A stretch of 64,000 nt of DNA from a virus (IMGVR_UViG_3300042885_000900); one strand, 5' to 3'. Counted from the stretch's first letter, positions 51,198-60,417 are shown. Notes: generated by a model from the letters alone, not told the origin. Numbers and translations: made by a program.

Positions 51198-51330
51198 TGT
51201 GTCGTACAGGATTCGAACCTATAACCATGCGTAATCTTCTACTTCAACTCATTGTACTTTTGAGTCCGTCACAGCTTGTTAGTATAAGTAGCTTTTCTTA
51301 TACTGTGTCTACCAATTCCACCAACGACAC
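51198..51330 (-). ncRNA. tRNA-like RNA (133 nt; Leu-type D-arm, extended anticodon and variable regions)
   Basis: GTGTCGT/ACGACAC acceptor, GGTGGAATTGGTAGACAC, AGTATAAG/CTTATACT 8-bp stem, ATAGG TTCGAAT CCTGT. Confidence 0.65.
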
Positions 51331-51339
51331 ATATTTTTG

Positions 51340-51432
51340 TAGTCAGGAGAGGAATCGAACCTCTCTACAGGGAGCTACCCGTCATCCATGACCTTCCATC
51401 GGACTCGAACCGACCTTGTATCCAACCTGACT
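51340..51432 (-). ncRNA. tRNA-like RNA with two T-loop hairpins and no D-arm
   Basis: AGTCAGG/CCTGACT acceptor, AGAGG TTCGATT CCTCT, internal TCGG TTCGAGT CCGA. Confidence 0.6.
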
Positions 51433-51584
51433 ATTTTTCGCTAATGTTAAAAACTGAGTCAATCCTCCAAAAAAACACTAACTTGGTACTTACCTATCTT
51501 GGCTCCCCCATCCATTTTAAATATATATTCACCTGAAACTTCAGCGGGTTGTTGATTGACCACTCCCACCTACTCAAGTAGTTT

Positions 51585-51839
51585 TTACACACTCATCATC
51601 CAACCCATCCGGTTTTGAGATTGATACTCACTATAAGTACATTTTCTCATTGAGGAATAGTCGGGTCTCAACTTAACATGAGTCGGATATTTCTTCTCGT
51701 GTTCTTTACTCTCTCTCACCACCTTAGCGTACGCTTCTCTTTTACTTGGAGCCCACACGTCATTAAATCCACCACCTATCCAATTAAACAAATAAAGGTA
51801 TTCACCGTTAACACTTCTATACAATTTCTCTTTAGCCAT
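51585..51839 (-). CDS. hypothetical protein
   Basis: MAKEKLYRS...; host-type promoter at ~51863-51870. Confidence 0.6.
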   Translation of the reverse strand: MAKEKLYRSVNGEYLYLFNWIGGGFNDVWAPSKREAYAKVVRESKEHEKKYPTHVKLRPDYSSMRKCTYSEYQSQNRMGWMMSV

Positions 51840-52015
51840 AATGATTAGTTTTAAATCCGATACAAAGATAAGCATTAAATCCACACTTCCAAACTTTATT
51901 TCATTTTTTTTAAAAAATTTTTTTACGATAACGATTCCGTAAGTTTATTTACTATTTTTCTTGACATGTCGGACATATTTATCTATAATTTAACAGAATT
52001 AAAAAACAAACTATT

Positions 52016-52192
52016 ATGAAAAAGTTATTATTGGCGATTGTTATCGCAGGGTCTTTATCTCTAACTTCTTGTTGGAAAGGTACAAAAAATGAAGAATCAA
52101 CAACAGAAGTTGCAACCGATACCACACAAGTGGATTCAGTACAGGTTGATTCAGTGGAAGTGGATACTATAAAAGTAGATACGGTTAAGTAA
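52016..52192 (+). CDS. small lipoprotein (58 aa; not in ORF track)
   Basis: MKKLLLAIVIAGSLSLTS-C lipobox, followed by VDS/VDT repeats. Confidence 0.75.
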   Translation: MKKLLLAIVIAGSLSLTSCWKGTKNEESTTEVATDTTQVDSVQVDSVEVDTIKVDTVK

Positions 52193-52196
52193 TCAG

Positions 52197-52222
52197 AAAC
52201 CCCTCTTAACGGAGGGGTTTTT
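52197..52222. terminator. intrinsic terminator
   Basis: aaacccctc-ttaacg-gaggggttttt. Confidence 0.75.
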
Positions 52223-52782
52223 TATTTTAAAAGTTGTTTAATTCTATTAATATCTTCATTAAGTTCATCGTCTTTTTTCTTTGGTTTGTCGGATAACGCT
52301 TTTTTAATAAAAGATATTGGACTTAAAAGTATGTCAGTAAAAATGTCTGACCCACCGATTCTAGGCTCATTTGATTTTACAATAGGTTCTTTGGTTTCAG
52401 ATTTTTTAACATCTTTTTTCTCATCTTTTTTAAACTGATGACCACTTAAAAAATCATTAACATTTTGTTTTGATTTTTTTTTATTTAGAATTGAGAATGA
52501 TATTTCTTTATCCGAAAAATATCCAATAGTGTGTCCTTGTTTCACTGTACTACCAATTCCAACAATAACTCTACCTATTTCACAAAAATCTGAATAAAAG
52601 GTTTCACCATTAACATTATGCTCAATAGTTAGATTTCCGTCACAACGATTAATAGATGGTACAACTATACCATCATAAGGACTAACTAACCTATCGTTAT
52701 CATATGATGAAAGACCGACAGTTTTTGATAACATTCCTTGGTTTAAGTTACCATTAGGTGAAGGTGAGATGAAATGATTCAT
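52222..52782 (-). CDS. M23-peptidase-fold protein, probably inactive
   Basis: VSPYDGIV, LTIEH, V..G..VKQG..IG; Zn ligands not evident. Confidence 0.5.
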   Translation of the reverse strand: MNHFISPSPNGNLNQGMLSKTVGLSSYDNDRLVSPYDGIVVPSINRCDGNLTIEHNVNGETFYSDFCEIGRVIVGIGSTVKQGHTIGYFSDKEISFSILNKKKSKQNVNDFLSGHQFKKDEKKDVKKSETKEPIVKSNEPRIGGSDIFTDILLSPISFIKKALSDKPKKKDDELNEDINRIKQLLK

Positions 52783-53399
52783 TATAATAAATTTTTTATA
52801 CGATTAATACTCTCAAGTATTCTTTTATTTTTAAAAAAATTTTCATTATTTAACGACATAATTTTTGATATTCCAGCAGATAATAAATCACCACCAAGTT
52901 CCGGTTTTCCATCAACATAAGTGGTTGTTGTGTTATCATCATTATTGGTTATGCCGCTCTTTGTCGAACCCTTACCTTCCGGTTGACCACTTCTATATGA
53001 AATATGAAAATGTCCGCCAGTTGCTTTAGAGGTTGGACTTGTATATTCGTCAATATATGAAAATCCATTGTATTTTGTCTTATATGAATCTAATAATGAC
53101 TTAAAATCTGAACGACACGCACTATCTAAAGTCACATCAACCGCCTCTCCTTTAGTATGACGACTAGTATAACTTGTGATTTTTTTATGAAAAGAATCAT
53201 TACCGGATGTAAAAGTTAAAGGACAATTACTTTTTAGTTTTTTCCAATCATCCATAAATTTAGATAATATGTCTAAAAAATCGGGTTGTAAATCACCACC
53301 AGAGGTTAATTCATTACCCTTTTCAACATTCCCAACACTTTTAAGTTTAGATTTGAATTCTGATGAAGATATTTCTAATAATGTTATTAATTTTTCCAT
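52782..53399 (-). CDS. M15/LAS-family peptidoglycan peptidase (endolysin-like)
   Basis: TSG.D..H, SRH..G.AVD, HFHIS. Confidence 0.7.
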   Translation of the reverse strand: MEKLITLLEISSSEFKSKLKSVGNVEKGNELTSGGDLQPDFLDILSKFMDDWKKLKSNCPLTFTSGNDSFHKKITSYTSRHTKGEAVDVTLDSACRSDFKSLLDSYKTKYNGFSYIDEYTSPTSKATGGHFHISYRSGQPEGKGSTKSGITNNDDNTTTTYVDGKPELGGDLLSAGISKIMSLNNENFFKNKRILESINRIKNLL

Positions 53400-53400
53400 A

Positions 53401-54006
53401 TTATTGTTGTAGATGGTTCATTAAAACACCACCCAATGAGGCTGAATACATTTTTAAATGTTGAATATCCTCTTCGTCCAATTTAGTTTTTCTTTTTGTA
53501 TAATCTAAACCTAATGTCCCAATATATTTTCCATCAATAGATTTGATTGGAAATAAGTATCCGGATTTACATCCGGTGTCTTCAGCAACATATTTTAATC
53601 CAAAAGTCGCTATTGTCTCATCTTTATAATCAGAAATTTCAATAGATTCATTCTCTAATAAATAGTTGATAGATTTTGAAAATAAATTAACGGGGATATT
53701 TTGAAAGTTTGATTGGATGGATGAGACACCGGTTTTCACTGTTTCGTAGATAACACTAAACTTAGCCATTGATTTACCTGTTGGGTAGAAATTTCCACCA
53801 TTATGAAATTGGGTTACCCAAACTCTATCAGGTTTTAATTCGTCTTTGATACGGTCTAATTTAGACATTACGAGCTCACTAACTTTTAAGGTTTCTATAA
53901 CCATATCAGGTTTTTGATTCCTTTTATCTAATTTATTTTTAATAAATAATAATATAACTGGACCTAAAACTCCCGTGATAAATGCTACTATTACTGATGT
54001 ATTCAT
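53401..54006 (-). CDS. single-TM GAF-like protein (T4 holin T-like architecture)
   Basis: N-terminal TM, DRVWVTQFHNG, FPIKS..G..IG.LG.DY; adjacent to an endolysin-like gene. Confidence 0.55.
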   Translation of the reverse strand: MNTSVIVAFITGVLGPVILLFIKNKLDKRNQKPDMVIETLKVSELVMSKLDRIKDELKPDRVWVTQFHNGGNFYPTGKSMAKFSVIYETVKTGVSSIQSNFQNIPVNLFSKSINYLLENESIEISDYKDETIATFGLKYVAEDTGCKSGYLFPIKSIDGKYIGTLGLDYTKRKTKLDEEDIQHLKMYSASLGGVLMNHLQQ

Positions 54007-54045
54007 AATTTGTTAATATATCAAGATAAATAGTTTAAAAATAAA

Positions 54046-54072
54046 AAAAGTGAGGGCAACCCCTCACTTTTA
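54046..54072 (-). terminator. intrinsic terminator
   Basis: aaaagtgaggg-caac-ccctcactttt. Confidence 0.75.
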
Positions 54073-54082
54073 ATCATTTTTC

Positions 54083-55117
54083 CTACAACTTTTTAAACTC
54101 CGGTCTGATTAAGTTCCATATGATTTCAGAATAATCTTTTTTATCGAACATCCTAAATAATATCCCTGATAAATGTTTATTTTGTTGTGACACCCACTCA
54201 GCGTATTCTTTTCTATCTGTGATAGGTTCTTTGTCGTTATATTTACCATACATTTTACCATCAAATTTTTTACCAGCATCTTCAGATATTTGGAAATAAA
54301 AATACCTTAATTCTTTTACATAATTTTTAATTTTGGTGTAAAATTCATCCGGAACATCTTTTAATAATTCCATCACATCTTCACCATTTTTTAGATATTC
54401 CCAAACTCCGGTTGTTGATACATTGGTCATAATTTTATGAAGACGCAAATACTCAACACCTTTAACTTTAACTCTATCCCCATTTGAAAACTTCACCACA
54501 AACCCTTCTTGGTTGTTTTTAACCATTTCTTTAAGTTCTTTGAAGTCCTTAATACCATCGTATTTTTTAACCACATCAAACCCGTATTCTCTCCACATTT
54601 CTACATCATATTCTTTTCCGTTTTTATCAAAGGTTCCCAATAGGACTAATCCTTCGTAATCACCGTAATCTACTACCACGCGATTCTGCGGGAATAAAAT
54701 TTCAAAACAGAAAGTCAGATGTCTGAACATAATATCTGTATTATACTTTTTAAGGAGTTCAATACCTTTAATTGATTGGTCGGAAGTAAATGACCCACGA
54801 GTGGCTACCACCCATTGACCCTCATACCAAAAAACCAACAAAAGTGAACCATCCATTTTTTCCCACACCTCAAAGTTTTCAGTTGGTTCAAATTTCCCTT
54901 CTTCAATATTGAAGAATTTGTTAAAACCTCTTGCAACAATATTACCCTTATCATTTGTCACCAACCCCCGACAACTTAATGTTATTTCGTCCCAATAATT
55001 TTCATATTGTGTTGTTTGACTATAATTCCATATAATCAAAGGAAGAGTTGGGTGATTTTGACTTAATAACCACCCATCATCTCTATATTTAACTAATGTA
55101 TCTAAATTAATCTCCAT
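54083..55117 (-). CDS. RNA ligase (T4 Rnl1-like)
   Basis: CRGLV, KFFN, EKMDGSL, TRGSF, FEI, EGFVV, KVK..EY. Confidence 0.88.
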   Translation of the reverse strand: MEINLDTLVKYRDDGWLLSQNHPTLPLIIWNYSQTTQYENYWDEITLSCRGLVTNDKGNIVARGFNKFFNIEEGKFEPTENFEVWEKMDGSLLLVFWYEGQWVVATRGSFTSDQSIKGIELLKKYNTDIMFRHLTFCFEILFPQNRVVVDYGDYEGLVLLGTFDKNGKEYDVEMWREYGFDVVKKYDGIKDFKELKEMVKNNQEGFVVKFSNGDRVKVKGVEYLRLHKIMTNVSTTGVWEYLKNGEDVMELLKDVPDEFYTKIKNYVKELRYFYFQISEDAGKKFDGKMYGKYNDKEPITDRKEYAEWVSQQNKHLSGILFRMFDKKDYSEIIWNLIRPEFKKL

Positions 55118-55895
55118 AATAATACTCCCATTTATATCCACCACAATGTTTCATTGACCCATTTAATACTTTACTAACATTTTTATATGTTGTTGTGGTT
55201 CTAATTTCCCATACCGATGAATAGATTTTTATAATTTCATTGTCCTTGTTTTTTTGAACAACTTGTTTTTTTGTTTTACTATCCCCAATTTTTTTCTTTG
55301 TAATTTCGGATAATATTTTTCCTTTGTGAAATTCTGAAATTTCTTTTTTTCTTTCTTCAGAATGTTTTTTTCCAAACATTGGATTTTTATCCCCAATTTT
55401 AGTTACGCTTAATTTATTTTTAGTTTCATCACTTCGTTTCCTACCTAAATGAGTTTTTTTACAATTTTCAGACATTTTTTTTCTTTCATCATCAGTGATT
55501 ACTCTATTTTTTGCGGATTCTCTAACTTTACTTAACCATTGATTATAATCTTCCTCAGAACGCCAAACTCTTTTTTGTCCCGGCATAGAACCTGAGTCAC
55601 CACCTTCAGAAATGTTTAATAAATTACAACCTTTTTCTTGGTAAGAAGAAATATATTTTTTTTCAATTTCCTTCCAATCGTTTTCTTCAACTACGTCAAT
55701 AAGTTTAATAATTGGTTTTAAGTCCTCTTTCAATAGAGATTTAATCCAAGTATTTTTATGGGTTGTTTTATTATCAGAATTTTTAGCTTTAGATATATGA
55801 TTATTTAATCTAACACTAAGTTTTTTAACAGTTTGTCCTACATACCTAATTTCATTAGTTTTTGGGTCAATTAATACGTATATACTATGTTCCAT
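55107..55895 (-). CDS. GIY-YIG homing endonuclease with NUMOD3-like repeats
   Basis: IYVL.DP....IRYVGQT, RL..H, NPMFGKKHSEE. Confidence 0.85.
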   Translation of the reverse strand: MEHSIYVLIDPKTNEIRYVGQTVKKLSVRLNNHISKAKNSDNKTTHKNTWIKSLLKEDLKPIIKLIDVVEENDWKEIEKKYISSYQEKGCNLLNISEGGDSGSMPGQKRVWRSEEDYNQWLSKVRESAKNRVITDDERKKMSENCKKTHLGRKRSDETKNKLSVTKIGDKNPMFGKKHSEERKKEISEFHKGKILSEITKKKIGDSKTKKQVVQKNKDNEIIKIYSSVWEIRTTTTYKNVSKVLNGSMKHCGGYKWEYYYGD

Positions 55896-55965
55896 AATAA
55901 CCTTTTATTATAAATATCTCGTAATTATGTTTTCGTATTGAATTTACTCAGTATAATTTTTTAAT

Positions 55966-56331
55966 TTATAATGTGGAACAAAATATTAATGTTCCGATTA
56001 ATTGTATGTAATGTAATACTTGGTCAAATCCAACCACCACAAATCCGTTGTGGAAATCTTGTTTATCCCAATATGGTTTTCCAATTCTACTAGTTACAAA
56101 ATCTGTAATCCAATGACAAATGAATGTAATGACGGAGAATATTAAAGCAATTCTAAAATCACTCAAATAAAACCAAGATGCCAACAACCACATTATGGAA
56201 TAAACCCCAACGTGGTATGTTAACCATTTAAGACTTGTACTTTTTCCGGTCGCTTGTTCGTGTGTCTGTAATCCAAAATCAGCTAAGAAGTGAATTAACA
56301 ATACAAATATTAATGTTGTAAATGATATCAT
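55966..56331 (-). CDS. DUF3307-like membrane protein
   Basis: HFLADF.LQ, H..D, DQVLH. Confidence 0.75.
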   Translation of the reverse strand: MISFTTLIFVLLIHFLADFGLQTHEQATGKSTSLKWLTYHVGVYSIMWLLASWFYLSDFRIALIFSVITFICHWITDFVTSRIGKPYWDKQDFHNGFVVVGFDQVLHYIQLIGTLIFCSTL

Positions 56332-56332
56332 A

Positions 56333-56656
56333 TTACCAAGTGTATCTAATGTATTCTATTTCAAATTTATCCCAAACTCGGTAAACAGCCTCTACAAATG
56401 GAATGGACCACTCATCACCTTCTTCGGTAATATATTCAATCACGTAATCCATTCTTTCACCACAATCATAACGAACTATTGTATCGTTTATAACATCTGA
56501 CTGAAAATACCTCAACCAAATATGCCATAGGTCTTTATATTCACCACCAACTAACTTGTGATAATCTCTGAAGTATTGTTCTTCAATACCCATCTCTTTA
56601 CAGATTTCTTTTCGAATATCAAACCAATCATAAAATTCTATCGTGTGTTTTTCCAT
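56333..56656 (-). CDS. hypothetical protein
   Basis: 107-aa ORF. Confidence 0.65.
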   Translation of the reverse strand: MEKHTIEFYDWFDIRKEICKEMGIEEQYFRDYHKLVGGEYKDLWHIWLRYFQSDVINDTIVRYDCGERMDYVIEYITEEGDEWSIPFVEAVYRVWDKFEIEYIRYTW

Positions 56657-57750
56657 TACTTCTCGTTTAATAAGAATTTGTTACTAATAACTTTGAATGA
56701 GATTGTTCTATCGTAACTTCTAATTACAACACCTTCTCTATCAAAGTTTGGATTCAAATCTGATTTACCATCAGCCATCTTTAATAACTCATCAATCGTG
56801 TCCGGTAAATGGAAATGTGTGTCTAACACCGGTACGGTCTCTATACCTAATTCAGTCACCAGTGATTGAAATAAAGATAATGAATCATACTCTTGTAAAT
56901 CAATATGAAACAGGTTGAAGAATCTTACGGTTTGTCCTTTGATTTTATATGGGTTCCCTTGGATACCCTCACCAATAAGTTCTCCTTGAATAGAGATGTT
57001 CGCGTTCTCACCATATTCTCTCATTTTGTTTTCCAAATCCAATTCACGAGCAACTTTCCAAAATGTGTTACCTTCAGTTTCCAATAACTCCAAATTACGA
57101 GAACAAACACCAAACTCTCCGTTATTGTAGTAGAATGTTGAGGAAGAACCATCTAATTTTTCTGTTACATAGTAAGTATGTTTCTTCATTTCTTCATACT
57201 CGGATGCCAAGTTCTGAATTCTCTCTTCATCAGTTTTACGAATGAAACTTGGGAACATACCTTTAACCTTTCCGGCTAGTTCTGCTGGAATTGGTGGTTC
57301 GTACTTAACGATTCCCAATTTTTCAGTCACATCAGTTCCCGGAACCAATTCAATCATATCTGATGGTGAAATAACGGTTCTATTTGGTTCCAAAGCAACA
57401 TTCTCATTTAATAACGTTTCAGAAACTCTATAACCATAACCTTCAAATAAAACAGATAAAGGTAAAATTAATCCTTGGGATACCTGCCCGCGAAGTTTCA
57501 CGGTCCTCAAACGGAATCCTTCTTCATCACCCATTTTCTTATATGAACTCTTACGTAAGAATTCAAATTCTTCTCTGATTGGTAAGAATGAATCAATCTC
57601 ACAATATACAACCAAATCATTTATTCTGTGACCAACTTCTTTTGCCACAACCACTTTCCAACCATCCACGATTGCCAATTCAATCATATCGGCCCCGGGA
57701 ATTTCTTGAATATCACTAATTCTTCTAATACTAGCTAACTTTCTTTCCAT
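56656..57750 (-). CDS. RNA ligase, DRB0094 family
   Basis: RKLASIRRI, GADMIE, KLRGQVSQGL, KTDEERIQN, TEKLDGSS, QGELIG.GIQGN.Y, EGVV, FKVISN. Confidence 0.9.
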   Translation of the reverse strand: MERKLASIRRISDIQEIPGADMIELAIVDGWKVVVAKEVGHRINDLVVYCEIDSFLPIREEFEFLRKSSYKKMGDEEGFRLRTVKLRGQVSQGLILPLSVLFEGYGYRVSETLLNENVALEPNRTVISPSDMIELVPGTDVTEKLGIVKYEPPIPAELAGKVKGMFPSFIRKTDEERIQNLASEYEEMKKHTYYVTEKLDGSSSTFYYNNGEFGVCSRNLELLETEGNTFWKVARELDLENKMREYGENANISIQGELIGEGIQGNPYKIKGQTVRFFNLFHIDLQEYDSLSLFQSLVTELGIETVPVLDTHFHLPDTIDELLKMADGKSDLNPNFDREGVVIRSYDRTISFKVISNKFLLNEK

Positions 57751-58133
57751 TATATCAATTCAAATTTTGTTAATGTATCTCTTCTTTCTTCTTTGTTAAT
57801 ACCCAATAAATAATTCTTAACATTACTCACAATTGTCTTACTATAAATCTGAGCAATAGCCCTGAATGTTATAGTTTTTTTTACAATATGGTCGGGATTA
57901 CTTTTTAACCTATCGTTTTTATAATCACTTATCGCTTTAAGGATGTTGTTTTTATAACCACTAGACCCATCAACTAAATTAATAGTGTGTTCGGTAAATT
58001 GGCCATTTACAACAATTCTCAATAAATGAACTTTCTTAGATTTACAAAAGGTTATGACGTATTCGTCATAACCCATATGTGTAAATCCGGTATCGGTTTT
58101 TTGGTATTTAGCTACCTTGAAGATGTTCTCCAT
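57750..58133 (-). CDS. hypothetical protein
   Basis: 127-aa ORF in operon. Confidence 0.6.
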   Translation of the reverse strand: MENIFKVAKYQKTDTGFTHMGYDEYVITFCKSKKVHLLRIVVNGQFTEHTINLVDGSSGYKNNILKAISDYKNDRLKSNPDHIVKKTITFRAIAQIYSKTIVSNVKNYLLGINKEERRDTLTKFELI

Positions 58134-58504
58134 TATACTCTTACCATTTTTTTAGGGTCTTTACCCAATTTTTTCAAAATCTCATTTCTCTCGTATGTGT
58201 CTTGGTCAATGATTGATTTACTCAATTTCATCAGTTCCATTTTAGACATTTCACCACACTCGTTATACACTTCTGATTGTAGTTTTGAGTAATCACTCAA
58301 AGCTCTTTCAGACTCACCCATTAATCCACGGAAGTTGGCTGATTGCATTTTCAACGAACCTAATGAAGAACCAATCCATTTAGCCAATGAAGTTTCATCT
58401 TTTAAATACAAACCGTAAGTTCCGTATTTTGTGTAATAGAACGCTAAGATGTTATCTTCTTTTGTCCATTCGTGTAATCCTAAAGTTTTGCTACGTGTTG
58501 CCAT
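58133..58504 (-). CDS. hypothetical protein
   Basis: Likely start MATRSK; host-type promoter at ~58553-58560. Confidence 0.6.
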   Translation of the reverse strand: MATRSKTLGLHEWTKEDNILAFYYTKYGTYGLYLKDETSLAKWIGSSLGSLKMQSANFRGLMGESERALSDYSKLQSEVYNECGEMSKMELMKLSKSIIDQDTYERNEILKKLGKDPKKMVRV

Positions 58505-58587
58505 AATTTTTAAATTTGTAAATGTTAATGTATTTGTTACTATTTGATGGTACAAAGATACTACTTTATTTTAATCCACCAAATTTT

Positions 58588-58980
58588 TTACAAAGAAATT
58601 TCAAATCTTTTTCGCATTAGTTCTAACTTATCTTCCGGAACCCCGTGTTCATTGACTCCACCGTGTCTGTTTTCTACAATTATAGAGAATACTTTATATC
58701 CGTATTTTGATGCCAAGTCATAATATGGTTGCATTTCCCACTCTTGTGTGAATGTATTTGATACCACAACTTTATGTTCGTATTTCATTAAAAAATCAAC
58801 TTCTTCTTGACACCAAGAGTGAGCATCTTTAATTTCAGATGGTTTGAAATTATAATTTCCATCTCTATCCACAAAAAACATATCAGCTTCTTTAATATAC
58901 CCTCTATTACCGGCAATAGATTTAGCCAATGTTGATTTACCACTTCCTGGTAACCCTCTTAATAAAAATAACTCTTTCAT
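58588..58980 (-). CDS. P-loop kinase (AAA_33 / polynucleotide-kinase-like)
   Basis: LRGLPGSGKST, EAD.FF, VVSNTF, HGVP. Confidence 0.85.
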   Translation of the reverse strand: MKELFLLRGLPGSGKSTLAKSIAGNRGYIKEADMFFVDRDGNYNFKPSEIKDAHSWCQEEVDFLMKYEHKVVVSNTFTQEWEMQPYYDLASKYGYKVFSIIVENRHGGVNEHGVPEDKLELMRKRFEISL

Positions 58981-58981
58981 A

Positions 58982-59263
58982 TTAATTTTTTAAATATTTT
59001 ACAATCTTCTCAATTCCGTCAGTATCATCCGGATTTATGATGAACTCATCAAATGCTCCGTACCTACATTGATACCCAAAAATATATTTTAAACCATAAC
59101 TAACTCTTTCCCAAAAAGGTCGTTTAGTTAAATGAGTATGGATATAAACCATTGGATATTTTACACCATCAATTTCATCTTCATCATATAAAACAACCAT
59201 TTGATGTTCCGTATTATGACAGGAACAAATGAATAAATCTTTTTGTGTTTGTTTAATTTCCAT
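58982..59263 (-). CDS. hypothetical protein
   Basis: 93-aa ORF with CSCH. Confidence 0.6.
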   Translation of the reverse strand: MEIKQTQKDLFICSCHNTEHQMVVLYDEDEIDGVKYPMVYIHTHLTKRPFWERVSYGLKYIFGYQCRYGAFDEFIINPDDTDGIEKIVKYLKN

Positions 59264-59264
59264 A

Positions 59265-59927
59265 TTATTTTCTTTTTCGACCTTCGTCGGTTATCATATC
59301 ATCTGTGTGATGGTCATCGTCCATATTTGATTTAATTTCTCTCAATTTTACAATCTTAATAACATTGTCTAATGAGTATGGTACAAAAAACAATGAACCA
59401 TCAATACCAACATCCATTCTACGACCCTTACCAAAGATTTTACCCGTTGGGAGATGTACATGTCCATGGAGGTGAATATGTCCTTTATTTAGTCCATCCC
59501 AAGAATCTATAGGGTAGTGCATTAAAACTAAAGTGTCAAATTTATACATCAATTTTGTGTAATGATTAACACTCGTAAACAATTCCTGACAATCACCTCT
59601 ATTATTTTCAATGTGATGGTCGTGATTACCTAATATAAGGTGAATCTCTTGACACACAATTCTATCTCTAAAAATTTTTACATTTTCAAAACCACCAAAA
59701 CTCCAATCACCCAAGTGAATCAAAACATCATCTTGACCAACAACACTATTAATACCGTGTACAATAGCGTCGTTCATCTCCCCAATATTACTAAAATCTC
59801 TTGTTTGGTGAATTGGAACACTTCCATCCGGAAGTCTCCATTCGGTTACACCACGACATATATTCTTATGCCCAAAGTGTGTGTCGGATATAATCCAAAC
59901 TTTTCTATCGTTATCTATCTTAATCAT
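59265..59927 (-). CDS. calcineurin-like metallophosphoesterase
   Basis: SDTHFGH, HLGD, LGNHD, HYP, HGHVH, DVGID. Confidence 0.9.
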   Translation of the reverse strand: MIKIDNDRKVWIISDTHFGHKNICRGVTEWRLPDGSVPIHQTRDFSNIGEMNDAIVHGINSVVGQDDVLIHLGDWSFGGFENVKIFRDRIVCQEIHLILGNHDHHIENNRGDCQELFTSVNHYTKLMYKFDTLVLMHYPIDSWDGLNKGHIHLHGHVHLPTGKIFGKGRRMDVGIDGSLFFVPYSLDNVIKIVKLREIKSNMDDDHHTDDMITDEGRKRK

Positions 59928-60417
59928 ACTGCAAATCTAATTCTTTTTTTCCAAACCAAAAAGGTTTTTCTCTGTTTTTCCAAGACGCTAAATTAATTTT
60001 AGCCCCCATATAATAATTTCTATAAGATTCCACAACAGAATCCACCTTAAACTCATCCGGCATCGCCATAGCCGGAGTAGTAAAATCAATGTCCGGGATG
60101 TTTGGTTTATTTATAATACACCAATTAATCACATCTATTGATTTATGTCTTTTACCATACCTGTGGGTATATTCCTTACCAAGTTCTAAACCTAATTCAC
60201 AAAGATACAAATAGTTTGATAAACTCTCACGAGTCCAAATAGCACAAGGGTGGTTCTTATGTGACAACTTGTACGGTACTTGGTGGGTAACTTGTTCGGT
60301 TACGTGATGAACCGAACATAATAACTGAGCCGTTTCAAGTATCATTTTGATACAGTGGGAATTATTATGATATTGAGCATTTAATTTAGGGTTTTCGTCT
60401 AAGAAAAAAATATTCAT
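59920..60417 (-). CDS. pyrimidine-dimer DNA glycosylase / endonuclease V-like
   Basis: MNIFFLD..P....H..KMILETAQLL, HKNHPC..W, EY..RYGK.H. Confidence 0.75.
   Translation of the reverse strand: MNIFFLDENPKLNAQYHNNSHCIKMILETAQLLCSVHHVTEQVTHQVPYKLSHKNHPCAIWTRESLSNYLYLCELGLELGKEYTHRYGKRHKSIDVINWCIINKPNIPDIDFTTPAMAMPDEFKVDSVVESYRNYYMGAKINLASWKNREKPFWFGKKELDLQYD

Noticed and set aside
50308-51391. Plus-strand ORFs 50308-50511, 50848-51144 and 51197-51391
   Set aside because: Antisense shadows of structured RNA genes, with atypical composition.
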